A DNA stretch of 63,796 nucleotides, filler included, from Aduncisulcus paluster (GCA_024181965.1; 5 parts of 5 records of this genome joined end to end with filler, not necessarily neighbours in it); one strand, 5' to 3'; counted from the whole stretch's first letter, positions 39,423-50,521 are shown. Translations and numbers: made by a program. Notes: a model not told the origin generated them from the sequence alone.

Positions 39423-40751
39423 TTACAAATCAACATCTCTAACCACATATTCCCAATCACAGCCTAAAGTATCCTCTATTTTATCGGTATATCCAATGAA
39501 TTTCTCATTATTCAGATGGAGACACAATAACCTAGACACGAAACTATTTTGTACCATTGATGAAGAATATAGAGATTCTGGCGGTTTTGAATTGCGCAAA
39601 AATAGTTTAACAGGATTAATTCCTTTCCATTTCTTGCAAACAGAGTCGTCAAACAAAAGTTCGGCAAGACAAGGAAGTTTCTCAAGAAGTTTCTCATCTT
39701 GCTCATGTTTAGAATCAGCAACACTGATCTTTTTCTCGAGTGGATGGTTTGGATATTCTATTCTTAGAGCTTCAAATTCTTCCAGACTGGCCACGAGTGG
39801 GTGTGCGACTGTCTTAAGACGATCGACTTCAGCGTCACTCTTTTTCAACAATCTGGCTTCCTCGTCTGTGTGTTTATACTTCCTTCTTCTTCGAACTGGC
39901 TTCCCTGTCTTCTCATCGACAACACATATGTATTTTTCATCCTCATTCAGGGCTGAGAGATCGTCCTCGTCACAATCGGTTGATGAAGTTGGCGCAGAAG
40001 GAATATCTTTCTCGTACAAGAGATCAGACTCATCGTCATCCGATATCTCGTCTTCAGCGTCTTCATCATGCATGTGGGTCGTGTATAAGAACATTTCTTT
40101 GGGTGAGACAACTTCAACCCTGACACGATCAAGCCTGTCGGCGTTACAGAGGAGCATATGAACACATGACACTTTCATGGCATCCTGAAGCATTGATTGC
40201 TGTGGGTGGTAGGCTCTAACGCCACTGCTATGATGTTTGAGGGCAAAAACAATATCGTCAATCGCAGCTTCATCAAGTCTCAAGCTAACATACTTATCAT
40301 GTTTTACAAAGTCTAAAAACAACAAAGCACCGCGTCCACCGTGTGTTTTCTCAGCAATATCATTGCATCGACAGATATCATGGAAAACAGCACACAAAAG
40401 TAAAGCATATTGTGCAGGGGTTAATTTGTTTAATTCCTTGGTTAATTCATCTTCATCACTTGTAGGTGTGGGCAATTCTCTTGACAATAGCCGATCATAA
40501 CAATGAGAAAACATTGGATGAGACATTTCGAGCAAAAAAAATTCATATACGCAAACGCGATACCAATGAGCTAATCCATGAACTTTTGACTTATAGTGAG
40601 CTAAAGGAAATCTATGAGCGGATACAAGATCTTTTTGATTGATTTTAATGAAATCTACAACATGTTCAAAGATCAATCGAAAGGGTCTTCGAACCTGATG
40701 TTTCTCAATCAATAAAAGCATTTCAAACAGAGTTACTGAATCAATTTTCAT
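39423..40751 (-). CDS. HD-domain metal-dependent phosphohydrolase, bacterial-like subfamily
   Basis: SKVHGLAHWYRV, AVFHDICRCND..THGGRGA, ALKHHSSG and LCNADRLDRVRV give a complete H..HD..H..HH..D ligand set. The coding region is intronless. Confidence 0.88.
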   Translation of the reverse strand: MKIDSVTLFEMLLLIEKHQVRRPFRLIFEHVVDFIKINQKDLVSAHRFPLAHYKSKVHGLAHWYRVCVYEFFLLEMSHPMFSHCYDRLLSRELPTPTSDEDELTKELNKLTPAQYALLLCAVFHDICRCNDIAEKTHGGRGALLFLDFVKHDKYVSLRLDEAAIDDIVFALKHHSSGVRAYHPQQSMLQDAMKVSCVHMLLCNADRLDRVRVEVVSPKEMFLYTTHMHDEDAEDEISDDDESDLLYEKDIPSAPTSSTDCDEDDLSALNEDEKYICVVDEKTGKPVRRRRKYKHTDEEARLLKKSDAEVDRLKTVAHPLVASLEEFEALRIEYPNHPLEKKISVADSKHEQDEKLLEKLPCLAELLFDDSVCKKWKGINPVKLFLRNSKPPESLYSSSMVQNSFVSRLLCLHLNNEKFIGYTDKIEDTLGCDWEYVVRDVDL

Positions 40752-40949
40752 AATTCTGACAAAGGGAAAACAATAATATTTTTTGTTTGACCAAAAAAAG
40801 CCAAAAAAAAAAAACGAATGAATTTATCTCGAGATTCTAGGACGTCAATTGGTAAAAGACAAGTATAACATAATAATAATGGAAAGTAAATTTTATTTTC
40901 TATAATAAAAGTATTGTACCTCCCCTGATTAAAGCAGACAAGGCTTTTC

Positions 40950-40981
40950 AATGAGGTCCCCCTCTCACTCATAATGAGTAT
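40950..40981. repeat. 32-bp direct repeat, copy 2 (upstream of the HD gene)
   Basis: Identical to 39325-39356. Confidence 0.95.
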
Positions 40982-41235
40982 CTAGAGTATCCCTCAAAGG
41001 AAGACCCCAGTTCATACCTGATGATGGCAATATTATGAGATGAACATGCCTCAAGTTTGAAACTTTTCGTCTGCCAGACGTGCACGCTAAAAGAAAGCAA
41101 AATAGGTATTAATTATAAAAACAATAAATGTAATATAAGTTTGTTATTATAAAATGTGCAAATGAAGTGCACAAAACCATAGTGCTCATGTATTTCTGTG
41201 TTGATTTTACATTTGACCGCAACTCAACAAATATT

Positions 41236-42249
41236 ATGGCAACTCCTCCGAGAACTGCCCAAGAAATTATTTCTGGTCCTGTAAATGAAAGGTATGCTAT
41301 TATTATTATTTAAATATGCCCAAGTTATCCATTCTTCGATCATTTTATGTTTTTTCTTATATTATTATTTATTGTCACTGATTACAGAGCAGCAATGAGA
41401 AGAAAAGGTGAAAAACCGAAGGACCATATGAGATCAAACAAAAAAATCATTGAAACAATCCAAAAAAAGAAAAAAACCGAGCTTGAAGCCGTAAAAATGG
41501 CGGAGGCAAAACCTTTTAAAATTTCTAAATTTCAGGGAACCCAATCAAAAATACGTGCATCTGTTGAAAAAGAAGTTGAAGAATGTAAACTTCGGGAAGA
41601 ATTGCTTCGCAGGAAAAAAATCAAAGAATCGATGGAAAAACCCGTTCCATCATATTTAAAAGGGACCACACAACCCATTAAACCCCCACAGAAGAGCAAT
41701 AAGAGTATTACAAAGCAACCTGTTCCCAGCCACATTGAGCTTCAGCAGAAATATCATGAAGATATGTTACGATTGAAAGGGAGAGGTCCTCGGAGTTTTA
41801 TTAAAGAAAATACAAGAGCTGCAACAAGCTCCAAACCTCCATCATCCCAACCATTGGCAAAACAGCAAAGCCACGTTCCCAAGTCAAGTATTCCAATTAA
41901 TCCACTCCCAAAACAACATACTCTTGGATCGATGCCCGATTATTTAGTGGAAAGAAAGATGGAATTTTCAAAGAAACGCGAATTAGAAGAGGCAAGGAAA
42001 GCAGAAATAGAACTGAGAAAGCATGTCCCACCTGGATGCCGAATTGTTGCTGATTCTGAGAAAAAAACTATTCTCGAAACTTTAAAACAGAGAAGAGACG
42101 ATGCCTTGGAGAGATTGGTTAGATTCCCATCGGTTGTTGATTCCATTTCTAAGAGAAAGGAAAGATCTGCCCTTGAAAAACGTATCAGCGATCTTGATAA
42201 AGCCATTGGTGATTTCAGCAAACCCCTAGTCTATATTCAGGAAGAGTAA
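41236..42249 (+). CDS. ENKD1: Enkurin domain-containing flagellar/centriolar protein; exon 1 41236-41291, intron 41292-41387
   Basis: Motifs KPKDHMRSN, PFKISKF, FIKEN, GSMPDYLVERK and VPPGCRIVADSEK..LEKRISDLDKAIGDFSKPLVYI. The GTATGC..CAG intron restores the frame. Confidence 0.85.
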
Positions 42250-42528
42250 TGAAATAAAGATATTTACGTTTGTAAATTCGTTAGAAATATATAATTTTGC
42301 ATCTATTTAATTATTTACTGTCCCAAATTCGACATAAATTGACAAACTTTCAAATGTCGACAATCAATCATTATATTGTAATATCAAAATTGTTATTTAA
42401 AATAATAGTCAATTTTCCGAGATATTTGGGGTGTGGCACACATTCTCACCCATGATTGAGAGATTTCTTTCCTTTTCTTGCGGATTTTTTTGCTTAATAT
42501 TACTTTTGGCGAGGTGAAATTCAACACC

Positions 42529-44516
42529 ATGTCAAAAATAGAAGATAGCATTGAAGAAGATTTTCTTGAGAAAGAAGATGTTGTTGCTGAAGAAGCCAAT
42601 GATGGAGATGGGTTGGATGATGTCGAGGAAACAGAAGGTGTTGGAATGTTTGGATCCACTTTCAATATTATCAATAGTATTGTTGGAACTGGAGTGCTTG
42701 CTATTCCAGCTGCCTTTAATTCTGCGGGAATTATTGATGGATGTATTGGAATGGCATTAGCCGGAGTATATACCCTTATATCCTATAATCAACTGGTAAT
42801 TTGTTCGGCAAGATCGAAAAAATATTCTTACAAAGAACTTGCAGTTGAGTGTTTCGGCCCTGGAGTTGGGCTTTGGCATGACTTGTTTATGTTTTTATTA
42901 GTATTTTCTTTCTGTTGTGCTTATCTTGTTTTTGTTGGAGAGTTCTTATCAACTCAGTTTTCTTTATTTATTTCCGATGAGAGCAGTTGGGCCTGGCTTC
43001 TTGATAAGAACAAAATCCGTGCTGTTGTCTTGTTCNNNNNNNNNNNNNNNNNNNNCTGGTAATTTCTTCGGCAAGATCGAAAAAATATTCTTACAAAGAA
43101 CTTGCAGTTGAGTGTTTCGGCCCTGGAGTTGGGCTTTGGCATGACTTGTTTATGTTTTTATTAGTATTTTCTTTCTGTTGTGCTTATCTTGTTTTTGTTG
43201 GAGAGTTCTTATCAACTCAGTTTTCTTTATTTATTTCCGATGAGAGCAGTTGGGCCTGGCTTCTTGATAAGAACAAAATCCGTGCTGTTGTCTTGTTCGG
43301 TGTAATGTTCCCAATTACCTGTCTTACAAACATTAACTTTTTGTCATACCCCAGCGCAGGTGCTGTATTCTGTGTTATCTACTCCACAATTTATGTTATC
43401 GTGAAGTGTGTTTCCACCATCATTAAGGACGGAGTTTCCGACAAAGTCTTCCTAGCTTCTTTCAATGTCGAGTCCTTCAATGTTATTGTGACGATTCTTA
43501 TGTCCATTGGCGCTCATTTCTCGATCCCTATTCTCTATGGATCCATGGGCGGAACAGACAAATCCAAAGTCAGTAAGATGAAGAAAGCCAACGCAATTAG
43601 TATTAGTTTCTGTCTATTCTGTTATTTATCGATGGCCTTGTCTGGCAATCTTGCCTTTGGAAGTGATATCCAAGAGAATATCTTACTTACCTTCGATTCT
43701 AACGATACTTTCAACATTATTGCCCAATATGCCATGTCTTTTGTCATCATTACGTCCTATCCACTCACTCTTTGGCCAGTGAGAATGTCCTTTTACACTT
43801 TTGTTGATGAGATTAAGTATCGTAGGCAGAGGAAGCAGGAGTTACTCCGTATTCGTCAAGAAAGTGCCGCAAAAGAACTTGAAAAACAAGTTACTGGGAA
43901 GTCTTCTGCGACTAAAATGAACTTATTTAGCACTCGCTCTCCCGTTGAAGATGTTGAAGGTGCCATTGACAATGAATTGACTGAGCCTCTCTCCGATGAC
44001 ACCGATACTGCGTTTTCTCCATCTGAAATGTATCCAGAGTCGTACAAAGTGAATAGTGGAATGTCTCGGGCTCTTGTTTTGACCACTCCTTTCTTCACGA
44101 AATATCATTCACACAACCATGGGGCAGATGATGCCGATGTCCCTGAATTGTATCGACAAACGGAGGAGAAACGTCCGTATTGGCTCCATTTGGTCGTTGG
44201 ATTCACTATTTGTGTCATGACTCTTGGAATTGCTATTGCTTTGCCTTCTGTTTTGTCGATATTTAATCTCTTTGGAAGTACATTTGGATGTGTCATCTAC
44301 TTCTTGTTACCGGCGGTGTTCTGGATCAAACTGCGTGATTACCGTAACGGGAAACATGTGCATGCTGATGCCAATGGAAAACCTCCTCGGTTGGGTTTGG
44401 ATGACATTTTCAGGAAAGGCAATGGATTTAGTCTGATCTTATTCACCATTGGCCCTATGCTTGATTTTACTGTATTCATATCCACGCTTTCAAACCTTAT
44501 CAATAACGGACTGTGA
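42529..44516 (+). CDS. Amino acid/auxin permease (AAAP, SLC38/AVT-like) transporter
   Basis: Motifs STFNIINSIVGTGVLAIPAAF, GNLAFG..IQENIL, SYPLTLWPVR and FGSTFG..YFLLP. It is split by the gap duplication at 43036-43055. Confidence 0.93.
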
Positions 44517-45188
44517 GTTTAGCTTTAGATCTTCCTCCATTTTCTGCCATTTGAACAATGTGTATATCACATTTTATCGTTTTCTATTATTATTGTTATT
44601 CGACATTCTTTTTTGTTTGTTTTCTTATCTCACATCTTCATTTCATCTATCCAATTTAAACTCTTTGATCATCGATGAATATGTTCGCCTCGAGGTCACC
44701 AGCCGTGTTTCCTGAGTGTTTTTTTTCATATTCTTTTCGTTTGAGCATGAAAAATAAAATATACTTTATTTCTAAAACATATTTTGAAGATGAAAAAATC
44801 AGTAAATACCAAAATAGGAAATAAAATTGGATATTATCCATTGAAACGACAAGGAAACAAAATTTGCTGGATTTTGCCATTTACAGGGTAAACCCAAGTG
44901 TAAAACATAAATTGTGCAAATATTTTCCAATTAAATGTTATTTCTGTGATTTATTTTTGGTTTTATCAAACTTTTGCTGTTTGTGATATTTTTTTTTATC
45001 TTCTTTAAACGTAAGGATAGAAATAAGCTGCTGAATTATTCAAATTGATGGAATATTTTTATGTTTATTTATAATTTTGGTCTATTAATAATGCCTTCGG
45101 ATTTTCAAAACGAAATCTTCCGGGATTTTTTTTTTTCCCTCCCCGTTTTGACAACAAGTCCTGAACACAAAACTTTAAAAAATCAAAT

Positions 45189-45554
45189 ATGTACCCTCAA
45201 CCCGGAGTTCCTTACCAACAACCCGTCCCTGGCCAACCCAATCCTTACCAACAACCTCCCACTGGATATCCTGCTGGTCAGCCTTATGGTCAACCTATGC
45301 CCGGATATCCACAACCCGGAATGCCCATGGCCCCTCAACCCGGATTCCCTCAACCCGGATTCCCTCAACCCGGAATGCCAATGGCTCCTCCCTCTGAAAT
45401 GCCTGGTTATCCTCCCCAGCCCGGTTTCCCTGGTCAGCCTGCTCCAATGGGATATGGTGCTCCCCCAATGGGAATGGGATTCCCCAGTGCCCCAGCCAAT
45501 CCTTCCGGTCGTTCTGGTTTTGATAAACTTATGTTTGGTTCTGATCTCTTCTAA
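45189..45554 (+). CDS. Small Pro/Gln/Gly/Met-rich repeat protein (PQPGF/Y/M units)
   Basis: GC-richer ORF within AT-rich flanks, built of repeated cctcaacccgga units. Confidence 0.8.
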   Translation: MYPQPGVPYQQPVPGQPNPYQQPPTGYPAGQPYGQPMPGYPQPGMPMAPQPGFPQPGFPQPGMPMAPPSEMPGYPPQPGFPGQPAPMGYGAPPMGMGFPSAPANPSGRSGFDKLMFGSDLF

Positions 45555-45711
45555 CCTGCAGTTTATCAATAATTACATTCAATCTCATAAATATATCCTC
45601 AAAGTTTCTTTGTTGTACTCATATATTCTTCCGAATCCTTTGAAATGATTTGTCTAAATATTTATTTCCTCCCAGTAAACTTTTATTCTCTTTTTTCCAA
45701 GAATTATTATC

Positions 45712-48700
45712 TTATATCTTGGTAATTATTGAAAAATCATCCATTAATGACTCATAGACATCCTTATTGGTCTTTGCAACATCGCATAATCTTGTCACAA
45801 ACGTCTCTAATTCAGACTCATTTACATGGGGGAATTGCTTCTGAATGTAGACCTTCAGCTTACTTCCAAATATGACTGTGTTCTCATTGACATGTCCACT
45901 TATTCTTTCTTGTTCGAGTTCTGTACTCAGAGTGATTGCAGACTGATCCCAAATTGGATCCCTCGTCTCTCCCACCAGAGTGATGATTTTCCTCAAAATC
46001 CGTTTCTGTTCGGGGGCACCCTGTTTGTGGAATGTATCACAGAAAACAGTCACCACGGACTGTGCCACTGGTTCAAAAACAAGGGAGAATAGCTTACGTT
46101 TCCTGCCCATATCGGATTCGTGAGAAACAGAGTCAATCAAATTCAACATAGCTTGAGCAGCGTGATCGTGAGTAACTTGAGTAATATGGTTCAACCCAAA
46201 CCCAAGCACCCCAATCAAACCTTTTAGACTCTCTTCGTCGAGAGTTTCAACCACTGCCGCCAAATTATGAGCAAAAATATGTTCCAAAAGCCTAAATAAT
46301 TGTTCACGATGATCAAGATACGTATCATACCTCCCTTCGAGCATGTCAACAGCAGGTGGGAGAAGATTAGTCAAGATAGAGCCAATGAGTGGTGCAGGGC
46401 AACGAGATTTCAAGTTGCTTACCAATGTAGCAAAGAATCCCAACACCTCACTTTCACGAGCCTCGGCTGGACTTCTTCCAAAATCGGACAATAAATTCTC
46501 CATTAACTGAGATATTTTACCCAAGATACTCTCATAGGCACTGCAAGAGTCAATATACGTGTCCAAAAGCTTGATAATGCCTTGCTTGACATGACGCACT
46601 TTCCGAACCCTCTGGTCAAGAGCGCCCTGGGCACCCTCAACTTTGATATACTTGGCAACAACGTCCGAGTAGAAGGAATAAATGAATAGAATGTCAGAGA
46701 AGAACTCATCCAAGGTGCTGGCAAAGGTATCTTTTGCAGCTTGGACGACAGCTTCACTCACATAGACGAAATTAATGACAGTATCACACGCTTCTTCACT
46801 TTTTAACACGTCCAAATCATGCGTAGCTTTAAGACAGAGTTTTTGGAACGAGGATAGAGGCAAACGCATCAATTTACGTAATAATTCCCGCTTTTTCTTT
46901 TCTTGCCCATAGCCACAGATAGCTTGGGCAAAGGCTTTGAATACACCAGCTGTTTGTTGGGGATTTAGATCAGAAACATGGTCGGAGACATTATCCACGA
47001 TAAAATCAATGTAATTAACACCTGGCACATGAGCTCCCTTCTCTTTCTTGACCTTTGGGTGTGTGAATGATTTGGGACTTTTTTCAGTCAAGAACAATAA
47101 AGTATCGACACACATATCTTTAATGCCGGCGTACTTTTCGTGCAAGAAACTCAAAAGCTTATCGGAAACAGCTTGGAGGAGCACAGATTGACGGCCAAGA
47201 TACTTGTAAAACCTGCTAGCCACATACATCACAAGGGAGGCCACAATGGCACGATCAGCAGTATACGAGCATGATTTGTTAAGTTCCAGCAGTATTCTCA
47301 TCACAGCAAGGATGAAATCGGATTGCGTGGGGCCAGAGAGATTACCTCCAAGACATCCAGCACCCCAGCACACAGAATTAAGCATATTCACATCAAATCT
47401 ACTCGTCATTTTCTCAAGAATTTCAATGATTAGCTTACGCATCTGAACAGGGTGGAAACGCCATAAAAGACGAATAATCCCTGACTGTTGCTTGTGAAGT
47501 TCTACTACAGCTACCTGTGGAAGCTTTTCACGAACAACCTCTCCCATTTCGTTCTTAACAACGATAACCTCCTCCGGTTTCACTATTCGGACTATAATAA
47601 CCTCTCTGAGAGTGGCTAGAATGCCTGAAATAGCTGTGAACAAAGAGGGAGCAGAAGAAGAGGCAGAGAGAACTTCAGAGATATCACTATATACTCCCAT
47701 GCTGCCAGGCGATCCCAATCCACCGGGTGAAGCATATGATTTGTTCCTATCTTTTTGAACAAGGACAAGGAATCTGTTCCAGAACTCACAACAGGAAGTA
47801 AATATACCTTCATGACAGTCGCACCTGGTGAATTGGACCATACGACCAAGCATCATCAAGACCGCCTCTTTATAAGAACCAATTTCATCAGTGCGTTTCA
47901 ATTCAGGGAGAGGACAGTGTGACGAGAATATAATGCGAATTGATGGGAAATAAACAATAAAGAAATTATGATAGAGATGGACCAGAGACCGAACAAGGAT
48001 TTCGGCTTCTGTATTGCCAGCTGCTAGAACTTCGGGGAAGTTATAATCGAGAGGAAGCCACTGAGAGATTCCTTGCTCACACAAACAGACGAGTTCCGCA
48101 ATCTTACAGAACATTTCTTCATTTTCAACTCTTCTTGAAATAATGGATGAAATAATCTTCAGAGAAATCGGGGCAAGCTCTGGTATCGAGCAGAGTATGA
48201 TAAATTGTTTCAGCATATCGTCTTGGGCAAAAATAAATGGAAGTGGAGCCCAGGAAACGAGAGATGTTATAACTTTGAGCTTTTCCCTAAGTAATGCTTC
48301 ATCTTTATCGTCGCTGAAAGATCCAACAACTCTGCTCCAAATAACGCGCAAATCGTCGGAGAATCGAGATTTCATGCGTCGAGCACGATCACTTAATAAA
48401 GTTAGTTGTTGGTTTTCAAAAACCTCCTCGGAGAGCATTTTTACAACCTTTAAGGCACTCTTAAAGAAAGCTTTATCCTTGGATGCTTCTTTCATCAGCT
48501 CAGGCAAGAAAGATTCAAACTTATCAGGCCATTCTTTCTTTAAAATCGATATTAAAACAGCAACAAGTTTGGCTATAATTGTGTTTTTCTGTCTTACATC
48601 ACCATCCATGGCGGAAATACTCTTCAATTTCTCATAGGTGAATAGAAGGGCAGCATCTCGCTCAGAGTCTGGCCATCGAAACCAGTCCCGTTTCAGAGCT

Positions 48701-48891
48701 TTTTCAAGAAGTTGAAGTCCAAAAAAGAGTGACATTGGACTTTTGGCCCCTTCTAACAAGAGTTTGGCATACTTCAGAGCATCTATTTCGAGAATTTTTT
48801 GCAATATAATATGTGCTTCAGAATCACCTTTCTGCATTCGTTGTATTAAGTCTTCAATGTCATCAATAGTAAAATCAAGCTTTTCGTCCAT
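45712..48891 (-). CDS. XPO1: Exportin-1 / CRM1
   Basis: Motifs ILKKEWPDKFESF, LSEEVFE, VKPEEVIVVKNEMGEVVRE, LNSVCWGAGCLGG, AIVASLVMYV, KLLSFLHE..GIKDMCVDTL and ARESEVL. Confidence 0.95.
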   Translation of the reverse strand: MDEKLDFTIDDIEDLIQRMQKGDSEAHIILQKILEIDALKYAKLLLEGAKSPMSLFFGLQLLEKALKRDWFRWPDSERDAALLFTYEKLKSISAMDGDVRQKNTIIAKLVAVLISILKKEWPDKFESFLPELMKEASKDKAFFKSALKVVKMLSEEVFENQQLTLLSDRARRMKSRFSDDLRVIWSRVVGSFSDDKDEALLREKLKVITSLVSWAPLPFIFAQDDMLKQFIILCSIPELAPISLKIISSIISRRVENEEMFCKIAELVCLCEQGISQWLPLDYNFPEVLAAGNTEAEILVRSLVHLYHNFFIVYFPSIRIIFSSHCPLPELKRTDEIGSYKEAVLMMLGRMVQFTRCDCHEGIFTSCCEFWNRFLVLVQKDRNKSYASPGGLGSPGSMGVYSDISEVLSASSSAPSLFTAISGILATLREVIIVRIVKPEEVIVVKNEMGEVVREKLPQVAVVELHKQQSGIIRLLWRFHPVQMRKLIIEILEKMTSRFDVNMLNSVCWGAGCLGGNLSGPTQSDFILAVMRILLELNKSCSYTADRAIVASLVMYVASRFYKYLGRQSVLLQAVSDKLLSFLHEKYAGIKDMCVDTLLFLTEKSPKSFTHPKVKKEKGAHVPGVNYIDFIVDNVSDHVSDLNPQQTAGVFKAFAQAICGYGQEKKKRELLRKLMRLPLSSFQKLCLKATHDLDVLKSEEACDTVINFVYVSEAVVQAAKDTFASTLDEFFSDILFIYSFYSDVVAKYIKVEGAQGALDQRVRKVRHVKQGIIKLLDTYIDSCSAYESILGKISQLMENLLSDFGRSPAEARESEVLGFFATLVSNLKSRCPAPLIGSILTNLLPPAVDMLEGRYDTYLDHREQLFRLLEHIFAHNLAAVVETLDEESLKGLIGVLGFGLNHITQVTHDHAAQAMLNLIDSVSHESDMGRKRKLFSLVFEPVAQSVVTVFCDTFHKQGAPEQKRILRKIITLVGETRDPIWDQSAITLSTELEQERISGHVNENTVIFGSKLKVYIQKQFPHVNESELETFVTRLCDVAKTNKDVYESLMDDFSIITKI

Positions 48892-49351
48892 GATTTATAT
48901 CTGACAATGACAAAAAATCGAAAAATCTTGAATCATCATTGATGAGTCTCACTGAGTGACAAATTCCATCATTTTTATTCTTTTATGTATTTTTCCTCGA
49001 TATTATGTTTAAAATTGTTTTATCAATAAGTTTTGTTTACTACCTATGGGAAGAGAAGACGACCGATCGGTGGAATCACTCGTCGCGAATGAAATAGTTT
49101 AAATAAGGAACCTTTCAGAGGATATATTCTTAATAAATTCACATTATATATCGTATAACCTTCTATCATATCATATCAAAGAGTGAATGACCCTGTACTC
49201 ACAAAAACAATAAATCCATATGTACAGCGGAGATATACATTGATTTATCTTTTAAACGTGCATATATATTAACGATCAATTTCTGTATATATTCTGAGAC
49301 AACGCAATGCTTTCAAATCCATCGTCATTTTTTTTTCTGTTTTTTCTGACA

Positions 49352-50521
49352 ATGTCACTATTACAAACCTTTGGAATATTATTAATAGCTTACGAAAAAG
49401 CTGATAATGGCGATGATGACTTCATTAAGAAAGGAATCGCTGCCGCGCTTCAATGCGAGAAGATGATTAAAACAAATAGTATTTTTGCAAGTAACGAAGA
49501 CCTTGATGATATCTCGACTTCATCTCTGAGATATTTATTAGTTCCATTTTACAAGGGTCTTCTCCTTGGTCTCCAAATGGAACAAAGAGTATTAGCCATT
49601 AAATTTGGGATAAAAGAGATTACTGCGTTCCTTACAAGGATGGATGATTTGAAATTACTTGAAAGAATTGATAAACAAGGCATGGATGGAGAAATAGATA
49701 AGATGGGAGGTGTTGAACAAAGACAGGCTCGGATTGCTCAATTCAAAGCTGAGAAACAGGCCACTGAAATGCTTCAACTCATCACTCAACGTCGTCGTGC
49801 CGTTCTTGCTCGTGTTCGCCGTGGAGGTCTCACGACAAAAGAGGAGATTGAAGAAGATGAGGAGCACCACCAGCAAATCATTGAAGATGAAGAGGAAGAA
49901 CTTGATGTATCTTCGATCGAGACTGAAGTCGAAAGAGATTATTGGATTAAATTGCTTAAGTTCTCTGTTAAGAAGGCCGTGAAGGAACTCCGTGCGCTGA
50001 AAGAAGAGCTTCCTTTGGCAGAAATGTCTGATCATTTTGAAGAACATCCAGAAGAAAAAGAAGCAATGGAACGTGAAGAAGAGAAGAAACGAGAAGCTCG
50101 TGCCAAACAGTTCGAAGCCCAAGTTGCTGCTCTCGGTCTTTCCTCCAAACGTATTGGTTCAATTCCTATCACACGAATTGATGAAACATATGCCGACAAA
50201 GTCAAGAAACTTCAAGAAGATATCATCAAGAAGAAGATTCCCCTTGACGAATACCGTATGATGCTCGCCGATGAAGAAGAGAAGAGAGAGCAAGATGAAG
50301 CGTATGAAAAGATGCAAGCTTTCCAGGATTCAAGGGCGTTCCGTGTTGGCGAGGAGCTTGGAGATGATGAAATCGCTGCAATGGAAAGAGAAAGGGAGAA
50401 AGAGAGGTTGGAAAAGGCCGTTGAAGTTGATGATGAAACAGAACGAACTAGAATGAAACAAGAAGATGAATATCGTGAAGATCATCCAAGAGGTTGTGGA
50501 AACAGGAAAAATATGGGTTAA
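49352..50521 (+). CDS. TAP42: TAP42/alpha4 (IGBP1) PP2A-associated protein
   Basis: Motifs IFASNEDLDDISTSSLRYLLVPFY and RQARIAQFK, with C-terminal DEYREDHPRGCGNRKNMG. Confidence 0.94.
   Translation: MSLLQTFGILLIAYEKADNGDDDFIKKGIAAALQCEKMIKTNSIFASNEDLDDISTSSLRYLLVPFYKGLLLGLQMEQRVLAIKFGIKEITAFLTRMDDLKLLERIDKQGMDGEIDKMGGVEQRQARIAQFKAEKQATEMLQLITQRRRAVLARVRRGGLTTKEEIEEDEEHHQQIIEDEEEELDVSSIETEVERDYWIKLLKFSVKKAVKELRALKEELPLAEMSDHFEEHPEEKEAMEREEEKKREARAKQFEAQVAALGLSSKRIGSIPITRIDETYADKVKKLQEDIIKKKIPLDEYRMMLADEEEKREQDEAYEKMQAFQDSRAFRVGEELGDDEIAAMEREREKERLEKAVEVDDETERTRMKQEDEYREDHPRGCGNRKNMG

Noticed and set aside
39325..40981. 32-bp repeats as a CRISPR array
   Set aside because: There are only two copies, 1.6 kb apart, with no spacer-sized intervals and no cas genes, in a eukaryotic context.
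41011..41120. U1 snRNA candidate (catacctg ... gtgcac)
   Set aside because: There is no convincing stem-loop I, four-way junction or Sm site.
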